Positions 25,631 through 38,970 of a stretch of 64,000 bases of DNA are shown here, piece after piece (positions within the stretch are counted from its first letter, which is position 1; each line of letters opens with the position of its first letter). Position numbers and translations under genes: made by a program. Under the pieces are notes generated by a model, which saw only the letters and a program-made list of their open reading frames with translations, searched no databases and was not told the DNA's origin. The stretch comes from Carcharhinus longimanus (taxonomy: Eukaryota): contig JASCQW010000072.1 in the NCBI GenBank assembly GCA_030264375.1, positions 73,682,761-73,746,760 of the forward strand, in the 5' to 3' direction.

Positions 25631-27753
25631 CACCCAGTTTACTTTTCTCATGATATTCATATTAAAATAAGTCTGCATCAAAATTATATACTGTCAAATG
25701 AAAATGCAAGAGCTGTATTTCACTGATTCACTAGCTTTTATTCACGTGCCTCCTAAGCAGACAGACAGCTGAAGATATTTATTATGTTGCAATTGAAGAG
25801 CAGTATATTTTCTGTCACATTACGCCAACGGCTGATCACACAGCTGCTAATTCAAGGTCACATATTGACAAATGGGAGAGGAAGTTTAAAATACTTATTC
25901 CAGATGACTCTTGGCAATTCCGATGCATACATTCTGAAACAATGGAAGAGACGATGAAAAAAAGATCATTTTGAGGTCGAAGAAATTCACATTTTGACCG
26001 CTGTTTTCAAGATAAACAGTTTGAGGAAGAATTGGATATTATTTTTCAAATTGCATTTATAGCTCTGTTAAAGCAGTGGAAAATTTATGCTTCAGGGCTA
26101 CATAACATTTCTGTACAGCTCTGATTAAAAACCAAAATAATAAAGCTTGAGTATTTCATCTCATCATCATAGCATGATCAAGATTGTATTACTCTCCATG
26201 ACATCTAATAACTTTTTAATAATGCGTTGGTTTCCATATTAATATCACTTTTTTGAGTACTGCAATACTATAATTTGAGATTATGGCTGGAATTTCTGGG
26301 CCATTCTCGCTGATGGTATCTTCTAGTCCCATCAGTGAACCCCGGCCACTTGGACACAGATTGGGAAACCCTGTGGTTAGTCGCAGGATCAGAAAATCCC
26401 TCCACCAGCCAATTGCAGGCTGACTCTGTCTAGTGAAACACCTCGGGGTTGTAGAAAATCCAATCTAAGGTCCTTTATTCTGGAATGTGATATTCCATAT
26501 CCTGTATTTGATTTCCTATTGCACAATGGGAATACAGGCAAACTAAGACATCTATTGTCATTGAAGTGGAAGTGTTAGAATTGAAGAGCTTTACACCATA
26601 GAAGAGGATTGTTTAACCCATCGTGCTTGTGTTAGCTCTTTGAAAGAGCCGTTGTGTTTAGCCCCACTACTCAGCTTTATCTCCTATAACTCTGGAAATT
26701 AATCACCTTCAAGTATACGTGTAATTGTCTTTTGAATGCCCCTATGGGATATGAATCTTCAATCGTTTTAGGTAGTATAATGAATTCTAGATCTCAACAA
26801 GTCTGAAAATATTTATCTTCATTTCCTCCTGGTTATTTAACCAGGTTACCAACCCTCTTGCCAAAGGAAGCATTTTGTTTATCAAAACCCCTCATCATTT
26901 TGAATAGGTCCTTTTAGACTCCCCTTAACAACTTCTTCTCCAAGGAGAAAACTCTCAGCTTCTCCAATCTCTCCGCACAAGTGGAGCCACTCATCTCTAG
27001 TTTCATCCTGATAGAGTTCCTTTGTACTGTCTCCCAAGGTCCAGATTTGCTGAAAGTAACGTGTCTGTATTTTTACATATGTATGTTAATGCAGCCTGTG
27101 AGTCACATTCCACAGTGATCTTCTTGCTGCACCTGTTTTGGGGTATACATTCGCTGTACATGAGCTCTAGATGTCAACGACAGAGAGAAAGATATGTTTT
27201 TTGAAAAACAGGTGGAGTTTAACAGCGTTAAATCTGAGTGACAAGTAGTAAATTACTGCTCATGTTCTGTCACTTAATGAAAAGTAAGCAAGTGTCCTGA
27301 TGCATAAACTATTGGATATCCGGCACATAAGCCATAAGGAGGAAGCAAGGAGTATTTGCTCAGAATATGAGCTTCAGATTTGGGATTCTGAGTTGATGCA
27401 TGTCTTTTAAAAAAAATTCTGGCCATTCTTTCTCTCCCACATTGTGACATGAGCTGTTGTGATGTACTGACTTACTTTGGATCATGAAATATGAATAATT
27501 CAATGTCCTCCATATCACATCATGGTATTCCCAGTGAGGGGACTCCTTGATGTATTGAGACGTGCACAGAGAATAAGATGCTAGGGTGAGCAAAATTTTA
27601 ATTTAATTCATAACCATCATGGCTAGGACCAGTGCAAAAGCTGAGGAAGGGACTAAGAAAACATACATTGGTATCATGATTAATTGTTTTCTAATTAATA
27701 TTTTAAATATTCACTTGCGCAACAGACGACTTAAGTATTTGCTTTATTTTCAG

Positions 27754-27872
27754 ATCGGCCAGACTGTGTGGATGGGAGGATTGGGTTCACCTTTTACTCG
27801 CACCTGAAGAACAGTAAGGAAGTTTATGTCTCCACAGTGGTTGACAGGAAAACAAAAGCCGTTAAAGGACAG
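27754..27872 (+). CDS. PIDD1: PIDD1 exon (UPA)
   Basis: ttttcag|AT...GGACAG|gtgaat; (D)RPDCVDGRIGFTFYSHLKNSKEVYVSTVVDRKTKAVKGQ; phase 1/0. Confidence 0.96.
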
Positions 27873-27913
27873 GTGAATGATGTTCCAGCTTTCTTAAAAA
27901 CGTTACCATTAAT

Positions 27914-28210
27914 GGATGGCACAGTGCTTAGCACTGCTGTCTCATAGCTCTAGAGAGCCGGATTCAGTTCTGGCCTTGGGTGACTGTGTGGACTTTGCAC
28001 GTTCTCCCCGTGTCTGCATGGGATGTGCACATTAGGTGGATTGGCCATGCTAAATTGCCCCTTAGTGTCCCAAGATGTGTAGGTTAGGGGGATTAGCAGG
28101 GTAAATACATGGGGTTACGGGAATAGAGCTTGGGTGGGATGCTCTTTCAGAGAATTTGCAGACTTGATAAGCTGAATGGCTGCCTTCTGCACTGTAGGCA
28201 TTCTGTGAAT
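27914..28210 (+). mobile_element. HE1-type SINE
   Basis: tggcacagtgcttagcactgctgtc head; ctgcactgtagg.attct tail. Confidence 0.8.
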
Positions 28211-28569
28211 CTGCATTTCCACAGTCAGATGCTTAACTACTTACTGATGCATTATATTTGCTTCCAGAATCCAAGATAATTTCATAATTTTGGGCCAGTC
28301 ATGAATGTCACCTGCTTAGGGGATGTACTCTGTAACTGCCAGCTGTTCCTTTGGAATGTGCAAGACAATTCTCAAATTGGCAAGCACTGGGACTACATGG
28401 ATGGGAGACTCTGAGCCATAGCAGTTTAGTTCATGCTTTCTGTACTCCAATCTTGATCTGTTCTAAAAGATTATTCTACGCATTCGGATCCAGATTCAAG
28501 CTGTTGACAGGTCTTTTACTGGTTCTGAATTTGCCACCTAACTGAAGGCAGCTGAAAAGTTGCTGATGC

Positions 28570-28935
28570 AAAGTCTCCCATCCATTGACTCTGTCTACAT
28601 TTCCCACTGCCTCGGAAAAGCCAGCATAATTAAGGACTCCACGCACCCCGGACAAACTCTCTTCCACTGTCTCCCTTCGGGAAAAAGATACAAAAGTCTG
28701 AGGACAAATACCAACCGACTTAAGAACAGCTTCTTTCCTGCTGCCATCAGATTTTTGAATGGACCTACCTCACATTAAGTTGATCTTTCACTACATCCTA
28801 ACTATGACAGTAACACTACTTTCTGCATTCTCTCCTTTCCTTCTGTATGCACTGTATGATTTGTATAGCATACAAAAAACAAAACTTTTCACTGTATACT
28901 AATACATGTAATAATAAATCAAATTAAGTCAAATC
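28570..28935 (+). mobile_element. Rex1/Babar-type LINE 3' end
   Basis: Translates as LPSIDSVYISHCLGKASIIKDSTHPGQTLFHCLPSGKRYKSLRTNTNRLKNSFFPAAIRFLN, the typical Rex1 C-terminus. Confidence 0.85.
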
Positions 28936-30051
28936 ATGATTTCTACCACATGTCCATTAGGTCCTCACATTTTGTCCTATCTTAGCTTAACAAATTTCTC
29001 TAATTCCTTTTTATTTATTACAATACCTCTCACCTTTCTGTTAACCAATTGAAGCTTAACCCCTTACCAATTAACCTGCTCTTTTGTAAATATTGAAGCA
29101 AAGTACTTGTTAGCCATTCCCGTGATCCTCTCTTCTCTGTTAATAATTCTTTTTTCCCTTTTAAATTTGCAGAATACTTTGCTGTTCTTTTTAATATATC
29201 TTGGGAATTTATGTTACTGGATTATTAGAAAGAAGATTAGAAAATAACTTGCATTTATATATTACATTTGACAACCTCAGAATGTTCCAAAGCTAATAGG
29301 GTAGGATTTGAAGTGTAACTGCCATTGTAATATCAGAAATTGCACATGGCAAGGTCATAAAAGCAGGAATGAAATACATTAGCATGGTTCTGTATTTAGT
29401 GGTGTTCGTTGAGGGATAAATAATGACACGAGTGAGTCTATCTTGCTGCTTATACTAGTAACATCTTTGACAGCCATCAAAGAGGATAGATGGAACCGTG
29501 GTTTATAAAATTTAAACATAAAATGGAATTGCCTTCTTTAAAATCTCAGGATTATGCTGATTATTTTCTGTGTTGGTGATTATCTGATGAGTATGCATTA
29601 GCCTGAAGACACATGTGATTTCACATCAGTCACTTAATAAGGACGATGAAGCATAAGACCAGGATTTTGTTTTTCATTTAATAAAAGGTTTCTGGTTGGT
29701 GGTTGAAGCAGCTGCAATTCAGACCAATCCATTTCACATCACTGACTTATTGATTCAATGCAATTTACATGGAAATGTAGTTATATTGCTTAAATTTGAG
29801 TAAATCCCTTGTTTGTAAGGTAGTAGCTCTTTCGTTCGACTCATGTATGTTCATCCTTATATTTGAGAGAATGAATATCTTTTGCATTCAGTTGAGGATT
29901 ATCCATGGGTTCACTCTTGTTCTCCATGTTTCCCTTCAGTACGAGACAGTTGCCATTCAGCATGTGTGCTGGACATACATATATTTGATCTATGCTGAGG
30001 TCAAGGGGAGAGTGGGTCAGACAGTCAGCATTACAGTACTGTAGACACTGA

Positions 30052-31143
30052 GGGCCCGATTTTACCATTTAGACTCTTACGTGCTGAATCGGGGAGTATT
30101 CCAGATCCGAATTGTCAACCCGTTCTCAGGAGCCCCCATATACGCACTCAGCCTGAAAAAAAGCAGCAATTTTGAATCGTGCTGCAGAAGACTGTGGGTG
30201 GGACTTACTGAACCCAAAACACTGCTGCTCCGATTGGAGCCTTCAACAAAAAAAAGTTTAAAAATGCTCCCCTGCCACATCGCTCCCAGACCCGCTAATG
30301 TCTCCACCCTGGCCCCCACAGACATTGCCCCACCTCCACAACATAACTGAACCCGTTATCACCCCAACCCCTGCTACCCAGATCAATTGTTGGCCCCTTT
30401 CCCCCACTGATCACATGCAAAGTGGCAGTGGACCCCCCTGCCCTTNNNNNNNNNNNNNNNNNNNNNNNNNNNNNNNNNNNNNNNNNNNNNNNNNNNNNNN
30501 NNNNNNNNNNNNNNNNNNNNNNNNNNNNNNNNNNNNNNNNNNNNNNNNNNNNNNNNNNNNNNNNNNNNNNNNNNNNNNNNNNNNNNNNNNNNNNNNNNNN
30601 NNNNNNNNNNNNNNNNNNNNNNNNNNNNNNNNNNNNNNNNNNNNNNNNNNNNNNNNNNNNNNNNNNNNNNNNNNNNNNNNNNNNNNNNNNNNNNNNNNNN
30701 NNNNNNNNNNNNNNNNNNNNNNNNNNNNNNNNNNNNNNNNNNNNNNNNNNNNNNNNNNNNNNNNNNNNNNNNNNNNNNNNNNNNNNNNNCACACACACAC
30801 ACACACACAATCTGAGTTAGAGAGCTGCTGGAAGCTCTGAACTTACCTGGAGTGCCCAAATCAGGCCTTTGTGGACTATGTCTGTTTCGTGCTGAATCTG
30901 GACAGCGGGAAATGCCGGTAAGTTTGGGCATGCAGCCCATTAAGTCAATTTAAATGCATGCAAATGCATTTAAATTGACGTTGCGCCCATTTCGGGCATG
31001 GTGCCAATTGGGGCCATTTTGGATACTTGGTAAAGGGGGAATGGGTGCGGAGGCGGTCGTGGATTGCACTACTCGCCTCATGACCGACTTTACCATGTTT
31101 TCATGCCCGAAAACGGGCACAACTTGATGGTAAAATCAGGCCC
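30052..31143. mobile_element. Non-autonomous PIF/Harbinger element
   Basis: TIRs gggcccgattttacc / ggtaaaatcaggccc; 3-bp TSD TGA on both sides (30049-30051, 31144-31146). Confidence 0.85.
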
Positions 31144-31953
31144 TGACTGTGGCTTCCTACTGGGACTATGTGATTGCTGGAATTACCCTTTGACTTTTCA
31201 GGGATTGTGGCAGTGTGGAGTAAAAACTACAGGATCCACTGCTGTAGAAATGCCTTATTCTTTATTCAGGATGGATGGTAACAGTTTAAGCAAAATTGAC
31301 AATACATGGACAATGAAATTTAAATGTTAAATCGCTCAGCTTCATTTAAAGTTTTGGGAATGCGTTGATCAGTGTGTGGATTAACAGATGGGAATGCAAG
31401 GGAGTCGAAGGTTACGGGGAACAGGACGGAAAGTGAAGTTAAAGAAACATAAGATCGGCCATGATCTTATTAAATGGCTCAAGGGGCAGAATGGCTTTCA
31501 TCCTGTTCTATTTCTTTTGCTCTTGTTGTCCCGGTGGCACTCGTGATTTCACACAGGTACTTGGTAATAAGGAAAGAAATTGAGAAAGTATTCTTGTCAC
31601 GGATTATTTCATTTATGCTTCGGAGTACTGTTGTCTGATGGAGACCATGGACAGCTGAGTGGCTCTCTAGTCTTCACTTGAGGCAGAGCTGTTTGGAGGT
31701 GCCCTGAAATGCTGAACTTCCTTGTAGAGAACCATCTGGTCTCCACTGTTGGCAGTGTCAGATTGGGAAGTTGCCAGGAGAGGAAGTACAAACTTGAATC
31801 TGTGCAGGATGCTTTTGTAATACTGTTTAGCAGCTCGAGAGCCAGCCAGCCTGCCACAACATAGCTCCCTATCAAGATCCTCTAAAGAACAGCATCCTGT
31901 GCTCAAAGCAGAGATTACAAGATGTAATGGTGTTTCACTGATCTTCATTCTAG

Positions 31954-32061
31954 GTTTCCTTTTACAGAGGATCTTTGCCGGAAAACGTACCTGTGGAAGC
32001 TGCTCAGAAGCGAAAAGGCCCAGATTCGATGTGGCTGGCCACTTTACCAATTAAATTGCCA
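31954..32061 (+). CDS. PIDD1: PIDD1 exon (UPA end)
   Basis: attctag|GTT...TTGCCA|gtaag; VSFYRGSLPENVPVEAAQKRKGPDSMWLATLPIKLP; phase 0/0. Confidence 0.96.
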
Positions 32062-33254
32062 GTAAGCTGCTTCATTTTCTTAGGTCGGGATTTCTTCCCC
32101 TCTCCGCAGCACGTTTGGCAGTGGCGGGAGGCAGCGTGCCACTCACTGGTGGCAGGATCTTATGGTCCTGCCATTGTCAATGGGGTTTCCCGTTGAACAC
32201 ACACCTCGCCACCGGGAAACTCGTGGTGAGGATGTGCCGTCAGCAGGACTGTAAGGTCCCGCCAGCGTGAATGGCAGCAAGATTTTGCGTTAATGTTGTA
32301 TTTTCTTAGAGGATTTAAGTAAGGTTAAAAGCTGTCACAGTAGAATCACTGGACACATTTTATTAAGAGAAGTGAGAAAGGCTGTTGTTATAAGTGTCAC
32401 TTTAACACATTTCAGTAATTATGTTAAAGTGCAGGTACTGTTGTTATAGGCAAATGTAGTGGCCATTCTGTGGAGAGCAAGGTCCTATATAAATAGCAGT
32501 GCATAACAGCAGTTAATTTGAATTTTGTGGGACTGGCTGAGAGAGAAGTGCTCAACAAAAAGCTGGAAAACAAGTCCTTTTTTTATCTTAAAGTAGCGCC
32601 ATGCAATCTTTTAAGTTTACTTGCAATAGTGTAACAAATGAAAAGATCCTTGATATCTCGCACTGAAGACTAGTGTTTCTGACAAAACACCTCCTCAGTG
32701 TCCACCTAGCGTATAGGCTCAAGTCCAGGAGTGGGGCTTGAACCCATGTTTTAGGCCTGATTTTAAACTGCTAAAACTATTATCTGTTCACGTACAGTCC
32801 ATCAGAGAGGTTAGGACTGTTCTCCTTGGAGACAAGACAGCTGAGAGGAAATTTGATGGAGCTGTTCAAAATCACGAGGGACTGGACAGAGTAGGTAGGG
32901 ACATTCTTTCCCCTCCCCCCGCCTCATGAAAGGATCAAGAGTGAGAGGGAACAGATTTAAACTGACTTGCATGAGAAACAAATGCGATGTGAGAAAACGT
33001 TGAGTGGCTCAGGTCTGAAATGCACTGCCTGGAAGTGTGATGGAGTCAGGTTCAATTGAGGCACATAAGAGGGCATTAGGTCATTACTTGATGAGAAATA
33101 ATTTGCAAGAATACGGGGTAAAGGCAAGAAAATAGCACTAAGCCATATTGCTCATTTGGAGAGCCAGTGTAGACATAATGGGCCAAATGGCCACTGTAAC
33201 AGTGCTGCTTATGCCAAAGTGTGGCTTTTTAAAAACCTGCTGAATTTTTTCCAG

Positions 33255-33327
33255 AAGCAGAAATCAAGGCTTCATAATGAGTCAAGAACGGAATCATCCT
33301 TTCCACCATTAAATCTTGGCGATGAAG
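33255..33327 (+). CDS. PIDD1: PIDD1 exon (linker before death domain)
   Basis: tttccag|AAG...GAAG|gtgag; KQKSRLHNESRTESSFPPLNLGDE(E); phase 0/1. Confidence 0.9.
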
Positions 33328-33877
33328 GTGAGATTGTATTACTTTCCAAGTATTTAATTTGATTTTGTTTGCTTTTGTCCAAGTGCTGAACAATGGGATG
33401 AGTTTTCTGCATTTTTAACCCAGTGTCTGTGCAGCACCATGAATTCCCAGACCCAGTAAGCCCTTACTGCTGTGTCTGCATCTTAATAAGAGCCTTAAGA
33501 GGTTTTATGCAGCAGAAGTATAGGTTCTGCTATTTTTGATATCATCCAACTGTAATGCTGTAGCATTGTGTTCTCAATAGTGATGGTAAAAACTAGACCA
33601 TTTTCAAAGGTGATTTTCTGCCCAAATTTTCACTCCTATATACCAGCAAAATTAATTTTTATTTTGAAACAAAGGGAAGAGAATCTGATTTTGTTAAAGG
33701 AGAAGTGTTGTTAGTTAGTCAGTGTTTTTGTCTTGTTCTCCTTCTGTGTCATCTTTGATATTAATTAAATGGTAAACTCAAATTGGTAATCGAAATCAAA
33801 CCATGATGAATCGCATAATGTGATTTGGATGGCAGTGACTGCAAGACTGAGCAAGTATAACATTGTAGAATCTAAAT

Positions 33878-34592
33878 CCAAGTTGTCCAACGTATGGCCC
33901 ATGGGACACATCCATCCTGCGAAGATCCTCTGTACAGCCCCCGGAGCCAGTTTCATAATCCCTGTCAAAGAGGTAAGTTTCAAGAAAAGGTTCTGCACGG
34001 TCCTTCTCCTTCAATCACAGGCCTTTTCTCTCCAAAATCTGCTGTTGCTAGGCTGACTAATAAGCCTATCAGCAACAAAAGTGGGAAAGAAACAGTCTCT
34101 GATTGGAGGATCAGAGAATACCAGCATTGGTGTGTGTGCAGGGGAAAGCCAGGGTATGATAGGACAGGAGTCTGGGGAACCAAGCAACGAGTCTGGGAGC
34201 CAAGCAATGGCAGAGCTGAAGTCCGGGGACCCAGATACATTGGGTACAGGGACTATGCAGTTTTGTCAGCCCAGCCAGGGAAAAGTCTCATTAGGCCCAG
34301 GAGGGCCATCTGCATTGGGGTGTGGGAGGGCAAAGTTTTGACAGACCCAGATAATAGCGCGAAGTTTTGACAGGTCTGGGAAGGGCGAAGTTTTGGTTGA
34401 CTCAGGGAGGTGGGGAGGTGACAGTGCCATGGTGAATATGTGGGAGTGTGCGCATGTGATTTGTGTCTGTGCATGTGTGACTCTNNNNNNNNNNNNNNNN
34501 NNNNNNNNNNNNNNNNNNNNNNNNNNNNNNNNNNNNNNNNNNNNNNNNNNNNNNNNNNNNNNNNNNNNNNNNNNNNNNNNNNNNCGTGTGTG

Positions 34593-34629
<37 letters not shown>

Positions 34630-35093
34630 TGAAATGAGACTGACAGCATGGGTATGAGAGGGAGGGACTGAGTATATGGAGGGAAGTATGAGGGCATGAG
34701 TGACTGAATGGAGGTGAGTTCAGGCAACTAAGTGAGTGTGAAGTTGTGAGTGTGAATCTGCCTGACACCCTGTATCAGTTTCCCATTCATTCTCAGCAGC
34801 ACACACCAATCCATACACATGCACCCTCGCACACTCATCCACCCACATGCACTGACCCTCGCAGACACTGGTTAGTTTTATTACTTACTCTTTTTTTTAA
34901 ACTTAATTTATTGCTATGACAGCAGTGTATTTTTGCTCAGCAATATTTTTTTCTTTAAAATCTTAATTCTTGTTTGAAATTCAATTTATTATTGTGTCAA
35001 ATCTTACCTTTCCGAAATTTGCTTGTTGGCCCCTTGAGTGAGAAAAAATGCAATTATGCCCCTGCCCTGAGTGAAAAAAATTGAACAATGCTG
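33878..35093. mobile_element. Non-autonomous hAT (Charlie-like) element with internal (GT)n
   Basis: Degenerate TIRs ccaagttgtccaac / attgaacaatgctg; 8-bp TSD atctaaat / gtctaaat (7/8 match). Confidence 0.7.
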
Positions 35094-35715
35094 GTCTAAA
35101 TATATGGGCGTGCTTAAATATCCATTTAACTGCAGCATTTAATAAATTATTGAATCTCACCCCTTGTAAAAGCCAATAATGTCAACAATGCCATTGTCAT
35201 TCATTGCTTGCTAGATCATATCAGTGTCTGGTCAGGACCTCAGGGGTATGAGTCAGCATTTTGCTTAAGCTTAACATGTATGAAAATATGTTATGTATGT
35301 GTAGGTTTTTTTTTTAACTAAAATTAAACTTGCGGATGAACTCTTCTGTTTCTGTTACCTTCAATTTGCTTTATAAAGTACCTAGCAATTTAGCTTCCTG
35401 CGAGTATCTGAATGGCTTTTGCTATCTTGAATTGGATAAACCGACCGAGTAAATGCAGAAAAGCAAGGTCACTGAAGGTCCGTTCTCCCCAAGCAATTGA
35501 GTCATTAACAATTACATCTGATCAGTATTATAATACCAATTCCATATTAATGCACAGTGTTTCAGTGAAAATAACAGATGACTCCTACCCGGAGTCAAGT
35601 TCTGACCTGACTCCAGCACACAGCAAGGTGAGATGCTTTCTGGAAAGTTATCTTATGAGCTGTTTCAGGGATGACACCGGCTGGCTATCCTGGCTCTTTT
35701 ACAAACTTACCTATT

Positions 35716-36616
35716 GGGTGAAATTTTGCAGTCTGTGCACAGAATGGTGGCTGAGGTGAGAAAACTAACATGCAGCTCTCCAGCTGCACAGCTGAGCTTT
35801 CCTGTCCAGACTGTTTGGCACTCTGTGAACAGATAACCTGGTTTTCGCCATCATGCTGGCAAGACGGGGCCCAATAAAGCTGGCAGCGCCAGTTCCACGG
35901 AGATCGGAGTCCCATTTTTAAAACACGTCCCAGTCTGTGCTGACAAAAGTGTCTTCCCACTGCCTTCACAAGCACCAGGGAAATACTCCACCTCCCACCT
36001 GACCAAAAGTAGTGGGGCCACCCCACCCAGCGCACATTAAGGGAACCCGCCCCATTGCTTGAGCTCCCCAGAGGCCTGCCCCTGGCTCCAGCCGGGATTT
36101 TACTTAGTTCGCGGCAGGTTCCCCACGTCCCCTTGACTGCTTCACATTTTTAAATACTGTTGTAAACCTTGGCAATGTGATGTCGAGAGGGATTCTCCAG
36201 CTTCCCAGCTCTAGTTTTCCCATCGGCAGGAGGTGACGTGTTGTTTGCTAGTGGCGGGATTCTCTGATTCTGCTGTTGTCAATGGGAATTCCCATTGATG
36301 TCACCCCATGCCAGTAGGAAAACCCACAAACAGGGGTGCACTGCCACCCGAATGGGAGAATCCACATGAAGCCATCATGTTGGTAAGGGAGGAATCCCAT
36401 ATATGGGGGGAACATATGGCGGGGAAGCCTTTAAGAGTATTGAAAAATATTCAAATGTTTTGAAATTAGGCTCCCACTCAGAAGTGTCACCTGCGAGGGG
36501 TGGGGATATCAGAAAGCGAGATGCCGCTGGCGAGAATCACTTTTTCCGATTGTCACAGGATTTTACACACATTGACTTTTCCCCTTATGGTGAAGACAGG
36601 AGCAGAATCGCCCCCA
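35716..36616. mobile_element. Harbinger-type MITE (with a nested short MITE)
   Basis: TIR-like gggtgaaattttgc / gcagaatcgccccc; related short MITEs at 24527-24645, 26285-26465, 32083-32290, 37697-37823, 43690-43803. Confidence 0.55.
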
Positions 36617-36676
36617 TGGTCTTTTTGAGTGTATTGAGAAAGCAGCCGTTTCATCCACAATCACAAAGCATTAGGG

Positions 36677-37475
36677 CAGGATTTCTCAAACCTTTCCAAC
36701 CACAGAACCCTTTTCATCTCCCAGGAGTACTGTCAGAACCCCTGAGAAACATTCCCGTTGTGTTGAAGAGTTAAAACACAAAAAAAATGACTGTTTCCAC
36801 AGACAACATACAAATATATAGAAACCTGATTTACAGAAGCCTTTTCTATTTCTTATATGTATACACTATAATTAAAAGATTCTCTTATTTAAAAAACACG
36901 TAGGTCTTACCTTTTTGCCATTTTTAATGGGATGAGTGTTGCTGGAATATTTATATACATAGACACACACAATTTGCCCCAGTCCCGCTCTGAGACCTAC
37001 TTTCCCCCGACCTTTCCCCAACCCCCTTTTCCACTGCTTTCAGACTCACTCCCCCTCTCTGAGGCCCGCTATCCCCCTCTCTGAGGCCTGCAACCCCCTT
37101 CCCGGGACATGATTTCCCCAGTCCCTCTTCCATGCCTGCTTTCCCTACTTCAAGACCTAAAATCCTCTGCTCCGAGGCCCACATTCCCCCACTCCGAAGT
37201 CCATATTTCCCCGCTCCGAGGCCCACATTTTCCCATCCGAAGCCCACATTTCCATACTCCGAGGCCCACATTCCCCACTCCCAGGGAAACTTTGAGTTTG
37301 GTGCTGTTTTCAGCTCGACTAGTCAGAGGCTGGATTCTGGAGAAGCCAACCTATGATTGGACAAGGAGCTTTGTAACATTTTCAAATGTTATACATCAGC
37401 CTGGCCTGCCTCGGAATCACTGGCATTCCTCCTGCAGAACTCCAGGAATTTGTGGAATCCAGTTTGGGAAACCCA
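36677..37475. mobile_element. hAT-like MITE containing a ~21-bp minisatellite (37040-37283)
   Basis: TIR-like caggatttctcaaac / gtttgggaaaccc; repeated unit ccgaggcccacattcccccact. Confidence 0.55.
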
Positions 37476-37955
37476 CATTAGGAACACATGATGTGGATGT
37501 GACATTTCCAATTGGATGCTGTTTGCATTCTGCAAATGTTGGTCTTGAGCTGCCAACACATTACAATCTTTTCTGAAGTTGCCCGTTATTGATGTGGACA
37601 GATACTAGCTTTGGCAAATACTGTTCTCCGGGGCAAGTGCCTTGTGACAAATATTATTTTCTGGCACGCTTGAAAACTCTCACTTATTGTTATAATGGGT
37701 GGAATTTTACCAACATGTCCGCCCGAAGCTTATACAATCCCACCCGAGGCCAACGGAGAATGCAGTTCTCCGAGCCTTGCCTGCCATTGGAGTCGGAGTG
37801 GTCATGCCAGTAAAATTCTGGCCAATTTGTTGAAACTGTGTTCGCAATTATAAGCTTAATAATATAAAGAGCTAACTGAAATAGGTTCTAGAAGTACTGA
37901 ATGGACACATGTTTTATAACATGTTTTTCTAAATGGTTTCTTTACTTTTGGACAG

Positions 37956-38082
37956 AAACTGGCTACCTCACAGAAGCTAATCTTTTGAGTATCGCAAGGA
38001 GAATCGGGCTGGAATGGAAGAATATTGGTATAAATCTTGGTTTATCCTATGCGCAATTGGAAAGAATAGAATACAGTAATAG
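37956..38082 (+). CDS. PIDD1: PIDD1 exon (death domain, first part)
   Basis: ggacag|AA...AATAG|gtgag; (E)TGYLTEANLLSIARRIGLEWKNIGINLGLSYAQLERIEYSN(R); phase 1/2. Confidence 0.95.
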
Positions 38083-38289
38083 GTGAGGAAGACACTTCCT
38101 TATAACTGTGGTCAATAGTTTGGTTTTCCTGATTGTTCTAGTACAATGATGGTTGTCAGATTAACTTAAAGGACAGCAACAATAAAAGGTCTGTATTCCT
38201 CTTTACAGTCCAATGACAAATACTCCTCATGCACAGTAAACATTGATAGTCAAGCTCAACACAACGAGCTTCAGGTAAGCCTTTCCCAT

Positions 38290-38970
38290 CTTGTTCTGAT
38301 GCATACCTTGGCCCTACAATGTCCATCATTCTTTTGTAAATGATGCACGGCAGTTGACCTGGTATGTGCAGCACATTCCTGGTATGTCACTGACATAGCA
38401 CAGTTGCTCGTGTTTGTTTGGGCTTGACCTTGAACCACTTTCATTTGATGCCAAACATATGTTTTCCCCAAAGGACAACAGATAAAGGTGCAGCTCTAAT
38501 GGATCGACCATTGCCACCACATGGCTGATCCAGCATTACTCCACCTTTATCAGCTTAGCCCTAATCCCAGGGCAGAACCATAATGTTGATTGCCTTGACA
38601 TTCAAAGTGGTGAACAGCTTGCAGCCTTCTCGGTGTTTTATGTGCTTTCTGCTGTAGATGCAAGACTGGCAGCTGCACAGTGGTGGGGACATTTGGCTTC
38701 TTGGCAGACTTTAGCACGCATCTTTATGCTGTGTTGGTTAATGGTTCCTGAGATACCTGGAAAATTGTATTTGACTTTTGATCCAGCTAATAACTTCTTG
38801 GCCACTGATATCTCACTGAAGATGCCCAGGTTCATGTGGTATTTGCCACCTTGGTTTGGGCAGTTTAATGGTAACTCTTGGTGCAGCATGCAGCTCGGGT
38901 AAGATAGGTTGGTAATCTCAAAAATGATCATTAACCTGTTGCAGCTGTGACAACGCTCCCACAAGGTCAC
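38290..38970 (-). mobile_element. Possible heavily decayed LTR-retrotransposon RT remnant
   Basis: Fragment PCIIYKRMMDIV resembles the Gypsy RT motif PxxFQRxMDxV; many stops. Confidence 0.3.
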
